From the NCBI RefSeq assembly GCF_008831285.2, contig NC_045138.2, forward strand, positions 17,236,001-17,300,000: a stretch of DNA of 64,000 nucleotides, read 5' to 3'. This DNA comes from Nymphaea colorata. Taxonomy: Eukaryota. The position numbers and the translations under genes are program-made. Positions 25,019 to 38,700 of this stretch are shown here, piece by piece. Numbering within the stretch: position 1 is the stretch's first letter; every line of letters begins with the position of its first letter. The notes under the pieces were generated by a model, which made no database searches, was not told the origin of the DNA, and was given only the letters and a program-made list of their open reading frames with translations.

Positions 25019-27460
25019 ATGGCATCCCTGTTTGGGCTTGCGGCTCCAGCCATATCAAAAATCATCTATGGAAGAAACCATCTTCCTCTCTCGCCTTTGA
25101 AGTCCAATTCCGCTGTCTCTCTCCAATTTACTGTGCAAAGGACGGATAAGCTTGGTCTTCGGTACAATTTTCCGAAATGCTCCGCCCGGTACACCACCGA
25201 CTTCGTGCAGGAAGAACGAGTGGTCTATCCGCGGCCGTCTGAAATCCCTTGGCAGAAAGAGCTCGCCAATTCCGTCAATCTCATCGGTGTTGTTGGGACG
25301 CCTGTTCAAATTAAGCACCTGGATAGCGGGAAGGTTCTTGCTTGGACTCGACTTGCCGTCAAAACGTCGGCCACAGAGACACTCTGGTTGAGTTTTTTGT
25401 TCAAATGTTTTTCAGTCTCTGGCTTTTCTAGATACGACTTTGGGGAAGCTGTGAAAAATCCCCTTTTCTCGATAGTTTCGTTCCGCTTGTTATTCATGAA
25501 TTGATATTGGTGTTGCTTTAGGCTTGTCAACTGCCATCAGCGAACGAATTAAAGAATATTTGTGATGGTTTCACCATGTTCTTAGCATGAGTTGCTCCTA
25601 TCCGTTCATTCGTAGCAAGTGCCGATAGAATCTGATACTTTAGCACCTGTCTTTCTTTCTGTTTTCTTGTGTTTTTATGTAATGATAGAACTAAAGCTCA
25701 TTATGCATTGCGTGCTACTCTACTATAAATGAAAATGTCTTGTATTTAGTCTAATTAAGATAGTATAGACTTGTTATATCTGGGAGTTCGTAGTTGGAAA
25801 ATTTTGAACAAAGCATGACTTTATCTTAAAAAGTTGATCTAATCTTTTTATTCGTGTTATTTTGAAATCCAGAAGCGAATATAATTTATTACAATCGAAA
25901 ATGAGCTTAAAAAATTGATAGCATTGCTGCCTCGAGAAATTTTGAGCAATTGGAGAAGAAAGCATAGAAGATGAACTTCATGATAATTAAGCCTGAAGTT
26001 GCGTCCGTAGTGACGATTTCTATACCTCCTAGTATCTATTTACCTGTGTTTTACATCTATCAAAATATTAGGGAATACTCAGTTTTTATGTGCTAAAGCC
26101 TAAAACTTATGCAAAAAAATGTATCTTGATGAATGAGGCCTATGGTACCAAGTCGTAATCCATGTGATTGACAGCATTGATACACAAAGGGCAAAGGTGA
26201 GTCCTTGGTGAAAATACTGTGAAGTTGAATTTGAATTGACAACACTATTATAAGCAAGCTTATCGGTTAGGTTGATAGTGAAATCGTGAAAGCATAAGAA
26301 GCGCATGCAGATTGCAGGGACCTTCAAGGCATGCATAAAAATGTATTGCACAGAAGTATATTTTGAGAATCATTTTCTCCAACTTCATTGTTTCACATTA
26401 TGTATGTGTGTCATCCGTACCTTAAGAGAATCATATTACACGTTTTATATATGTGTGCGAGCATGCTGTTTCCATCGTTTGAGTTCCTGGACCATCGTGT
26501 CAATGTTTCATGAAAATATGTTATTGAAAGCCATATAGCAAAAACTGAGCTGTGTAGGCAAGGATTTGATTAGAGCAACGCCATTTGTTTTCCATTATAA
26601 GCTGCATGAAAAAGCTTGCTCAATTTCTGTTGCTTCTGCAGGATAGGTCTGACATTTTGGAATGAGTTGGCTTATGTGGCATTTCAGCACATGGAAAAAA
26701 GCCAGAGAATCTATGTATCTGGCAGGCTTGTATCAGATGTAGTTAATGGAGATGATGATAAACCCCAAGCATACTACAAGGTTTTGTTCTACTTTCTGCT
26801 ACCTTTATCTGCTCATTCATGTAGCGTTTCTCTGCATGGACTGTTAAAATGTTGCTTCTCTTGTAGGTTGTCGTCAATCAGCTAAATTTCATTGAGAAGA
26901 GCTCAGGTTCCTCGTTATATGAATCAGATAAAAACTCCATGAACTCAGGTGCATGATTTTCTTCGCCCTTGAACCTTTCTTTTCTGAAGTCAGAACATGG
27001 TTGGAACTAGCCTTTCTTGGTCCCGAAAACTCTTTGTTTTGTTGGCTTTTAGGTGAAAGGCGTGGAACATATTCTGGAACTCAGACAGGCACGACTCAGG
27101 AGCTATGGCAAGCGTTTTTTGCCAACCCTTCTGAATGGTGGGATAACAGGAGCAGCAAGGTAGATGATCTCTCACCACATGCCTGCAATAGTGCACAGAG
27201 AGTAGCGTATGCTGGAGGTTCTAGCTTTAACCATTATTTTGCTCTTGTTGTTGATGCAAAACTTGTCTTCACTTTTGCAGAGAAATCCTAAGTACCCAGA
27301 TTTCAAGCACAAGGACACTGGAGAAGCTTTATGGATAGAAGGAAGGAACAATCCGTCATGGGTTAAGTCACAGCTGGCTGTCCTCGACTCAAAAATGCAG
27401 TCTCTCCAAAGAGACGAGTCAAATATGCAGTTTTTGTTCTCATCCAGCAAAGACCTCTAG
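25019..27460 (+). CDS. OSB1: Organellar single-stranded DNA-binding protein (OSB family; SSB-like OB fold plus one PDF motif)
   Basis: Exons 25019-25386, 26642-26780, 26867-26948, 27053-27159, 27281-27460 splice in frame (291 aa). Motifs WQKELANSVNLIG, IYVSGRL, WQAFFANPSEWWDNR..K.NPKYPDFKHKDTGEALW. Exact OSB paralog is tentative. Confidence 0.9.
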
Positions 27461-29714
27461 CCCTTCTGATTCCCTGGGAGCTCCTCTCATTTTTGCTCGC
27501 GGTTGGAAAAAAAAAAAAAACCTGCCATATTAAGATGATTTAGTTCAATGCGCACAGTTTTCCTCTGCATTTGTATATTTGTCATCTTTTATCGACCAGT
27601 ATTAATCGTCTCTTATCAATTTGTTGGTGCCAAGTTTCTGTATAAAATTCTTAATTTTGGTTTTTGTTGGAGTAGCTCTGATTTGATCATATCAAGAAAA
27701 TGTTGGCTTGTTGATTAACCTCATAAATTTTTGAATCTTTCCCATGATTATGACCCTGCTGAGTGAGTTATAGGACCAGGACATAATTCACGATTAACTA
27801 ATAATTGATTCAAGTTCTGAAAAGTTAGGGTCTTTAAAATGCTTTCCAGAAGTTCAGCGTATCACGCAAGGCCGGTTCTTCGGATGGAATACCTTTTAAC
27901 GCTTTAATAGGTGATTTAGTAAGAGAGAGGTTTCTCCGTGGGAGGAAGGAACACATGATTTTAGTCCTATGGTTCATGTGACACGAGCAGGCATGTATGG
28001 TACCCTAAGTCTGGTGTCTACCATCATTACTCCAAGAACCCCAATCTCACCTGAATAGAAATATGGTTCTGCACATTGATCGAGGGACTGCAACCGTTCA
28101 TAATCCAATAAGTGCATAATAGTACTGCAGAAAAATTGTATTCCACGTACATAGCTTTAGAATTGAAGAACGTGCCATTTGCGACCCTCCAATTTTTACC
28201 AAGAATGCTTCAACCAAAATTGCCTAAAAAATGGATTCCCCATGACCCCTTAGATAAAGAAAAAAGCATTCAAATCACTGAAATTCCATTGAGGTGTGAT
28301 TTCTTGTTAGACGCAACGATAGATGGTCGTAGGCTTTTAACACAGAACGACATACTTTTTCCTGAAAAAGTAACTGTAAAATCCAGATTGTACCAAATCA
28401 TCTCTCTCTCTCTCATTTATTTTGTAGACAAATCTGGGAAATCAAAATTATCGCGATATTTTAAGGCCTCTGAGAAACGTGGTGGGTGGTTCGTAATAGG
28501 CAGTTTTTCCGGTAAATATTTTTTCACGACAAAATGAGAACCAGCCGAGTACTGTAGAATTTGTCCAACAAGGTCGGACAACAAAAGACGATTGGAATTT
28601 TAGCGGTCAGGTTCATCTAATATTCAACAGAACTGCATCACCAAGTTGCAGTCCACATAACCTTCCACTTTTCGGGGATGAACAGTGTATATATCGACCA
28701 TAACTAAATGAATTACACAGCAATACGCACCGATCATTCTATACTGCTGAAAATCAATTTCTTCCTCTTCACGGCTGCTGGCTATCGTTATCGGGGGCAG
28801 CTATGTGGTCTGCTTTCAGGAGCGGGGAGTCACAAATTCATTTTTCGCTCTTTTCCAGCTTCGTTCAACTCGTGAGAGCCACAAATCGGCAGCGCCAGCG
28901 GCTACCACTAGAAAGCGAAGGAGGCCAGGGACATAGTAGTGTACAGGAGGGACTTTTATGAAATCACAACCGAATCGACACCGGATACACGATTACCGAG
29001 GTCAGAACTGCCTTGATCTTTTACATTCTATCAGTTCACAAGATTACATTAACCGGTAATAATGAGAACATATACAAAAATTATTTCAAAAATTAAAAAA
29101 CATTACGTCCCCTATAGCCCACATTTCCCATAGACATGGGGCCTCAGAGCACGAACCAAATATTGCACGCATGAATGGAACTCCCTCTCACGGTGTGGTA
29201 ATAGGTTTCACTCGACCAATACACTGAAAAAACAACGGGAGAGAGAATATAAACCACCTTAATTATTAAGGCTGGAAACCACATACAAGCCTCACTAGTC
29301 ACCAATTTGCACGTACATCTTGAACCAGAGGGCAGTGCTCAAAATTTTCAACACGAATTCCTCTATGAATCTACTGCATCCAAGTACTATTACATCAGTC
29401 ACTGTACATCTGTAAATAATTCCAACCAATTTTACAAAAACCCTTGCCTTTCACCATCATCTCTGTACATCCTACGACCGACTTCCACCCAATTCAACTC
29501 TTACCTTTTTGTTAGGGGTGCCCTCAATCTTCCAGTTTTAGCTGACGCTGGAAAACAGCGACTTTATTATACATCCATAGTCCGCTGCAAATGTATTCCA
29601 GAAGAACTGACGAATCGTGAAAAGAGATAATTGGGATCTAACGTTTAGTGCCTGCAGCATGACTGGTGAACAGTGAAAAAATACAGGATAATATTCATCT
29701 TCTGGTCTGTGATT

Positions 29715-32700
29715 TCATGTTGCAGCAGATGTCACATTTGCAGCAGAACCGTCTCTTAGTTGCTGCAGAGAGTTTTGAAGTGCCCGCAGCAAGAACTCTG
29801 CTATTATTCTTAATCTTCCCTGGTTGCCATCAACACCAGCATTTCCACTTCCATAAACCTCTACTGCCCTTGTTACTCTCTGCTTGCATCTCTCCCAGTC
29901 TTCAAGGCGTGTCCAGCAAGCTCGCCCGCCATGACTCCCTTCCATTCCCAGAAGAGACATTTGTGTTGTCTCGCCAAAAGTGTATCGCAATCTAATGGAT
30001 ACACAATATGGAAGCCAAGCTGCACCACCAGCAGCATTTATATGTGGTACATGAGTTGGATCCAAAACCAGGGTGAGGCCAAAATCAACAGAGCTATGTG
30101 CCCGGTCATAGTGAATATTACTTTTTGACACTCCGCGGCCAGAGTTTTCTGTGTGTTCATCTGCAGAAAAACCACCATGACTCTCGAGGCACAGCTCAAT
30201 TTGAGGCTTCTGCATTCCAGCGGCATCCCCAAATTGCCCCTGTAACAACCCTTTCTTCCAGGATATCAGCTTCAGGAATTCACGGAGAACCGAAACGGGA
30301 AGTGTTAGTAAGGTGATAAAAGAAGCTACACGAGATGCATCATAAGGCTCTGATGCTACACGCCTGCTAAAGTAGTCACAAATTTCTGCTATTTCAGATG
30401 GAGTGAGCTCCTCCTGCACATTGTGATTTTGTTGCTGCTGCTGTGGATTGTGAAACCGTTTGACACTAAGCACTTGGAGTAGAAGCTGCATACGATGCAC
30501 ACTGACAGCAAAAACATAACCCCTGCAACAGAAAATGAAAATGATGTTAGTATGACAAAAATAGACTATAATGAAATGAAAACAATTAAAACATAGGAGC
30601 ATAACTCTTTTAAGTGAATGTCGGATGTGACCTGAGCCCCTGATCATTTCTTTTATGTGATATTCATAGAATGTAAGAAAAAATCCAAACGGTATAAGCA
30701 TTAGTATTTTATGTGTGTGTGCTCTTGAAGAATACACACCTCAGCAAGAGACACACAATTTGCAAATAGGCATCAAAACAATCTATGTGCATGTATATGT
30801 GCATATGTGTGCCTAAGTCTGCTGAGTTTTATCTCTGTGCGCAACATCTTGCAGATTCCATAATATCCCACAACAGATGAGTAAATTTAGCTCCATATAG
30901 AGGTCAAAGAAAAGTGAGCTCTCACCTTCATTCCACTTAACCTAACAATATATTTATTTCAGTAAAAGATGAAAACCAAAACGTAACAGCTTCAGAAACA
31001 CCAACCGTAGCATCCAGATGAAAACCTTGGTCTACTGCATAACCAATCATTTATAGGAATGAGATGTCCAACCTCCCACTAGAGAGAACATTTTTTTCCC
31101 ATTAAAGAAGATGTCTCTTTCTATACGAAGGATTCATTGGTTTTTTACTATTTTGGATTTTGACATCTGCTTATGCACTTTGTACAATAAAATGTTCAAT
31201 TCAAAGAACTGCACTTAGCAGCCCCTTCCCTGCATATGAAACAGCTCTGCAGAAATAAATGGCAGAAACCTGAAACACTGGATTAATTCATTAGCCAGGA
31301 AGAGGCCTAGAAGTGCATTCACTTTAGCGGTGGGAATATTCTTTGTTTTGCCCTTCATCTCAGATTCCTGCCGATTCATGCGAGCAAAATGTCATTTATA
31401 ACCACCTTAATTTCTAGTTTTATAAAGTTTAAAAATCAAAACAATAAACATTTCACAAGAACTTGGCAGTATAAGAAATGTCTGAATCAAAGATGACACT
31501 CTTGAAAAGAGAAGGTAAAGACCTATATCACACAGACACTGGCCAAATGACAGCTGCACCCATGTTGAAATTCATGACACAGGTACAGACATGGGATACT
31601 GCTTGGAGACAGTCATAGCCGTGATCTGTGCACTACACATATTTTATGCACTTTTTCATCTAATTTTGCATGCAGGCAACTATAACAGACTCCAATATTG
31701 TGTTTCCTATAAATCATTTACAACTCCATAGCCCTTTCTTCATTAGGTAAATTGTATTATCCTTTTTCATATCAAAACCTTTGAAACTGTAAATATTTCT
31801 ATCGTATGTTGTTTACAACATAATGATTATTTCTTCACAGTTTTTGTTTCACACTCACACACCATGCCCACACTAATTTTTGTTAAACTGTTCTGTACAT
31901 GAGTGTGCAGCATGTGACACAGGTAAAAACTAACATGGGATTAGATGCTTACAAACAAAATCATTTGGACCAAAGAAAGCATCTCATATAGATGCACTTA
32001 CCCCACAAAGAACCTTAAGGCTGGTTGCTCCAGGTCCAAATTCAAGAGTGTTCCTTCATTATCTTTCAAGATTGATCCAAGTATTTCCTTAATAATGTCA
32101 GGTAACTGAGTAAAGAGCCACAAGACTCCAAAATATTTCAGGATATTTCTCAAGACCTTTTTCAGAGCAGCAAGAGGAACCCACCCTCCTCCATAGCCAC
32201 CATCATCTCCAAGACCAATGAAAGCAGCGCTACTTAGTTCTCCTCTAACTTGAGCCGGGACTGTAGTCCCAGATGGAAGGCGTACTGGCAAGCCTGAGTT
32301 TGTCGCACCCAAGTTTGAAGCTCCAAGCAGGCTGTTGCCTATTCGGTTCAAACTAACCCCCTGGTTTCCAATCATCGTACCAGACCTAGGAAATCCAAGA
32401 GAAGTGACTGTGTTGACTCGGCTACCAGTGGTGGCAGTGGGCTGTGAAGCCACAGAACTTAAGCTTGGATTTGTAGTGCTTGAATTCATGGAACCAATCA
32501 CATTTGGTGCTCCCCCACTAAAGTTGGTATCAAAATTGTTCAACCCTTGAGCAACATGCTCCATTATGAATGGCCGAAATTGTGGACAAGGGAAGGATCC
32601 ACCAGCAGTAGGACCACCCTTTGGAGGTGTTGCTGGCTGTAACCAGACTTGATCACCAGCGAAGCAACGCATATCAACTGCAAAAATTTTACGGTAGAGG

Positions 32701-35700
32701 ATACGTATCCAGTAAGGACCCCTCAGCACAACAGCTACATCTGTAGGCAACAGTGAGCTAGGAACTATTCCAGGTCCACCTCTTCCAGCAGCAGAGAGCA
32801 TGGCAGTGTTATGAGGACCATGGCTGCCAGTGGATCCCATTGTAGATGTGCCTCCAACAGGATTCGCAGCTGCAGAACCTTGTGGCTGGTTCACATTTGA
32901 AGACAAACCTCCTGGAAGTAATCCTTGAGATGATAAAATAGCGTTTTGTCTAGGGACTGTAGGCATGCTAACTGTTGTGGCGTGGACTGCAGGAGAACCA
33001 GGACCAACCATACGTGCAGGTCGTATTGCACCAGCAAGAGCAAGCAAAGGCCCAGCAGTGAGGCGAATACAGTCTAAAAGAGAAGATACCTCACCTCCAT
33101 TGATGAAATCCTCTAAGAACTTCAAGGAAATAAAAAATTCTAATTAAATTAAGAACTAAAATATCAGAAAATCAAAAGATTCTGATACTCAAAACAAAAA
33201 CAAAAAGGATTCTGAGTAAGAAGAATGTTCAGGTTCCAACCAGATTATAATTACAACAACAGCACAAGCAACTGCTTCAACCAGAAAAAGTTTCAACATT
33301 CACTAGGAAGACAGTGAGAACCTAAAGTTAACTGCTAACTGCAAAACTGCTACAAGATAGGAAAATACTATGGAAACAGAATGTAAAAACATTTTCCTTA
33401 TTAGTTTTCAACCAGCAATTGACACGTCTCAGTTTCACCTCACTAGTTGCGTCATTGCCCCAAGCGCAAAGATTCCTTATTAACCCTCATCAGAAGAAAA
33501 AAAAATTGTAGCATCTTGGAAATATTACAATTCCACAAACTGAACTTCACAAAAGATCAAGAACATAATCAATTGTACTAAATATTTTCAACAAGGTAGG
33601 AAAAGGAAAATGGAATCTATCTGCAAGAAAATTTTCCAAGTCATCAAACTTCAAAGTCCGTCCTTTGAACCATGTAAAACCTACATAATTAGTCGATGGA
33701 GCTGCTTAACGACTCAATGAAGGGGTACACTGCCAATTTAGACTGGCAAGCATATTGAACCCAAACCTGAGCATCAATATGAGAGTAGCAAGGCTAAAAA
33801 CACCTTGTGACAGTAACACACTGATACCTATTGGATGATACAAAGAACTTGTGAGAACAAACAAATGAAGACCCTAGAGCTGCAAGTAGCAATTGAGAGC
33901 CTAGATGAAAAGGCATATATAAATACGTCATCCAGGATAGAGTAACAACATGAATCAAGGAGCCAATAAGAACCAACTGGGAACCCTTTCACATCTACAT
34001 GCCTTTCATCAACTTCAATTTCTTTATTAGCTATAATTAAGCTGGAAACAAGGGTGTGTATTCATGCGTATGATGGGACCAACGTTTGCAAATTGATACC
34101 AACACGAGCAGCAGAAGTAACTAACATAAAGATCAAAAAGACATTTATGCCCACTTTGAGAGCTAACCTTGCTATGAGGCCACAGCTGGTCAGGCGAAAC
34201 ATGCATAGTACATCCCTTTTTACCTGTTTCCCATTCAACAACAAAACGTACCACTATTCCAGGCATTGAACCAAAGTAACTAAACCACAGACTCATTAGA
34301 CCAACAGCTTCAATCCTAAAGGACTTCTTCAATTGATCAGATACTTTATCAGCAACATCAACTGTGCCCTTTCCCGCAGTCTGTCCTTTATCCTCAGAAC
34401 CTCCATGAGCATCATCTGGCTTCTCCTCTATTCTTACACCTAGTACTTTCCGCATGCCAAGTGCAAATAAGCGTGCATTAGAAAGCCGTTTTAAATCCTC
34501 CACCAGTTTTTGAATACTTGATTCCTCAACAACCTTGTAACAGAGCACCACACCTTCTGAATCATAACGAATATGAGAATCTATATCAGATGCATTTGCA
34601 ATTCGAACTCCAGATCCCCATGGAGTACTAGTATTTCCTTTCTGAAGCTCCCACAGGTCCCTGAAATGCTCGTCACTAACTTTAACATCCCAGCACATGG
34701 TTCCAGGCCTACCAAGACGCAAGCATATACGCTGCCATGAATTATCACCAGATAGTGGCAACCGGAACCATAAGTTACAGGATGGGTTCCTCAGCCCAAC
34801 TTCCTCTACATAAGAGATGTCAAGAGCATCCATCTGGCTAGTAAGTCTGGCATGCTTAATACTGAGAGAACAGTGACGCACAACATGGAGGAGGACCGCA
34901 AAATATACACTAGAAGGTGCATGCCCATGATTTGCTTTGGCTAACAAATTCCCATAAGAGCAAGACTCTGATTTAGATGACAACAAAAAAGAACAAGTAT
35001 CTGGTGAAGCAGCATGAAGTGAGCTGACGGACTCGGATATCTTCAGTCTTTTGTGTGGTCCAGATAGAGTTGTCAAGTCATGTAATGAAGGAATGCTGGT
35101 TAATATTGCTGAAATAGAACGCTTTCGAAGATTTTTCTCATTTCTTGTGGTTGCATCAGAAGTGGGGCTATGAGGTGTTCCAGATTCTGGTGTCTGACCT
35201 GCAGAAGGAGAATCAAAAGAGAGAGAGATAATAATAAGATAATGGGAAGGCAATACGGAAGCAGCACATACACAACAAGTTGGATCTTACATGTGGGAGA
35301 TGCCATTCTTGAGCTGGATCCAGAACTTCTCATAGGAGAACCAACTGAACTAGTGGGAACTGAACTTCTCGGCCCGCTGGATTTTGCAGTCACAGTGGAA
35401 CCTCGGGATGTTGCTCGAGCAGAAGGTACCAAATGACTGGCCCTACCTCCAGAAACCAAAGCATTTAGCTCCTTTGGGATTTCATTAAGTCCTTTTAATG
35501 GATCTTCATCCATTGCAGAGTAGAGACTAGCATCAACAGCATGGGTTGGTGATCTAAATGATAAAGAATCTATATCAGATTTTGGCAGTGATGGTTTTGG
35601 AACAGGTGGGCTTCTTACAGGGCCAGTTGAAGAAAAAGAATTTATTGCAGAACCATGAAGCATGTTCTTCATACTGTTTGGAGCATAGGAAGCATTACTC

Positions 35701-38700
35701 ATTGGCAGGACCCCCGCAGAAAATTTGGAAAAATTAGCTTGTGGAACCTGTACGCCTCCATCAGACTTTGAGGAGGTTAACCCTACTTTCATTCCTTGGT
35801 AGGTAAATTGACTTGAACAAAGAGGAGAACTAGATGGTGTAGTCACGGATGAGATTTGACTCTTATTCGGTAAAGAAAGAGGTAATGATGCACCTTTTTC
35901 AATTTCAAACACCTCATCAACAACGGATGCAAAGGTCGACTGCTTACAACCAATAGTCTGAATAGAACCTTCATGTGAAAAATCAGTAGAAAGTCCATGT
36001 TCTGAAGAATCTCTTATAGCAACATCTTTCGGAGAAATATTTAACTTTTCCCAGTCCAGAAGATTCAAGGTCACCTCATCATCTGCCAAATGCATCTTGC
36101 TTATGTCAATTTTCTTGAAGCGCTTGATACTGCCAATATCACCAACTACACCAGAAGTCCCAGATGAATCTTCATGTGACTCCAGAAGTGTAAATAGTGG
36201 TTTGAAACCTTTATCTAGCTGCATCAGCAGATAATAGGAGCTTCCACATTGAGGAAACCCCATTAGTAACAAATCTGATCCAGAGGTGATGATCTTGGCC
36301 AACTTAGCAACTGAAAAGCCCCATTCATACACCTGAAAAGCATACACTGTAAAAGTCAAAAGCACTAAACAAGAGGAATTCTCACTACAGAAACATGAAC
36401 TGCAGAGTGGCATCTATAAACAACAGCAATGACCAAACTAAATCTACACCAAATCACGAGGTCTTTATATATGCATAATATCATTAGATACGTTCAAAGA
36501 AAGAAAAAAAAATGTGGAGAAGTGCATATTCATATTAGTAGGCCAGCTAGTGCATGCCTTGCGAGAAAAACTTTTCCCCCTGAAAGGAATTGGAGAAAAA
36601 ATTCTCTACCCAAATGTTTCACATTGATTTTTGTATCAGGTTTCCATTGTCTGTCTCCATATTTGGTATGCATAACAAAGAAAGACCGGATCACTTTGAT
36701 CAACAAAAGAAAAATGAAAAGGAAACAAAAAAAACATATGCATCTAAAACCAAAGCAAGCCAAAGAGACAAATTCATTATAACAGTCAAAAGAACTTCAG
36801 AAATATAGACCTTTTCTAAGCATTCACGTACCTTAAGGCCTAGGAATCTGCCCATTGATGCAAACAAGTGCAAAATACTCTTATTCCTCAAAGCCATAAA
36901 GACTTCAGACGCAGTCATGCTCCCTTGGTTTAATGCTTCTTCACACTCTAACAATGCACTTGATGAAATAATGTTTTTTGAAGATCGAAGTACATAAGAG
37001 CCATTCCTGTGATTCCAGTGGTTGACATGCATAGAACAAATAATATCCATTAGAAAGCCAAGAAAAACACTTTAAAACACAACATAGCTAGGACCACGTT
37101 AGCAACTTAGTACCACTTCTTACACAACAAGAAGCAGCTAGACTTTGATATGCACCACATTGACAGCAAGAAGCACCATAACAAGGTGACAACCATGAAA
37201 GTTAAACTATTTGTTTTGATATGATATCCTATGGATTTCTTGTTTACTTACAAGCACAAACTTGAAAAAAGAGCCATACATCTGTGGATCCAGTGAGACA
37301 AGCATATTTACAGATTATGCCACAAGAGAGTTAACAATGAAGCCTTGTGGTTGTTGCTGGGCCTCATGCCCTTCTTGTTTACTTACAAGTACAAACTTAA
37401 AAAAAGAGTCATACATCTGTGGATTTCCAGTGAGACAAACATATTTACAGAATATGCCACAAGAAAGTTAACAATGAAGCCTTTTGGTTGTTGCTGGGCC
37501 TCATGCCCGCTGGCATATATTGTGGCATGAGACATGCAACCAAGATGGCAATCAACATGCAGGATTGAAGCTAGTACGTAGGTCATAATCAGGTATACAT
37601 TTCCACTTGACCTCAAAACAATTGGTGTATTTTAGGCTTCTATAATCATGTATAGATGTCTAAGTTATGGTCTTACAGTTTCCAGATATGCAGCCCAAAG
37701 ATCAGAGGTAGTGGATTACGACTCAAAGTTTCAAACAAGAACAGTAAGGATTCTTCATTGACCTCAACTGTCTCATAGTATGTCTCTGTGTTTCACTTGA
37801 CACCAAATCCATGGAAAGAGATTCACATGTTTTGTTGGCTCTATTAAGACATCAAGAAACTCCTTCAGGGGAGTAGTGGATTTAGGGAACATCTAGGTTG
37901 ATGACACCGTACTAGGAAATAACCTTACCAGGTTAGAGTGGGTGAGGCCAGAAGGATTAGCAATTTTAGATGGAATCAAGTCAAACTCTAACATGGCTGG
38001 AGACAGAACACACACTTACCTGCCGATTGATAAGCAGGTACAAAATACCCAAAAGAAAATGAATGCAACTGCAGCCACCTGCCTCCTTCCAAATATTTTC
38101 CAGCTCAACCAAAATTAGGAAGGTGACAATCACTTACATTTAGTGGAATGTTCATGATCACAGTTTTCAATTCTGTAAAAGATGAAAGACGCAAAAATGT
38201 GACTGCAGGATAAGCTAACACTAGAGGCACTTTGCTGGTATGATTTTTCTTGCTGAATTAACTATTTTTTACATCAACTGTTCAATCAATAAAGTTGCCA
38301 CTCCAAAAATTATACTATAAAATTATTGTGCAGCCAATTGTCATCATTTGGTAGCTTATTAACAGTCAATCAGAACCATTAAGGACCACTATTGAAGATT
38401 TTACCACGAGAAAATACAAAACTTAATCCACCTTCCCCTTTTCCACTTCAGACGCGGAAGCTGGAACATAATCTGTTTCAAAAGTCCCACCTCAGATAAT
38501 GCAACTTAAACTATTTTTATGACACCTATACTACTATCTTTTCGGTTGAGAAAGCATGAAGTGCCATGTCAGTGCACAGCATCTAAATTAATATAAAATC
38601 AGCACCATCAGAAGCTGCAAGATTCATGACCGTCTGAGACAAATGAAATTGGTATCCACAGAGAAGTCATTAGGCATTAAGATTGTCTCCTATCCTAGTT

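Noticed and set aside
28112..28537. 141-aa ORF between OSB and MED14
   Set aside because: GTG start, no motifs, and it spans the junction of duplicated non-coding sequence whose sister copy lacks the frame.
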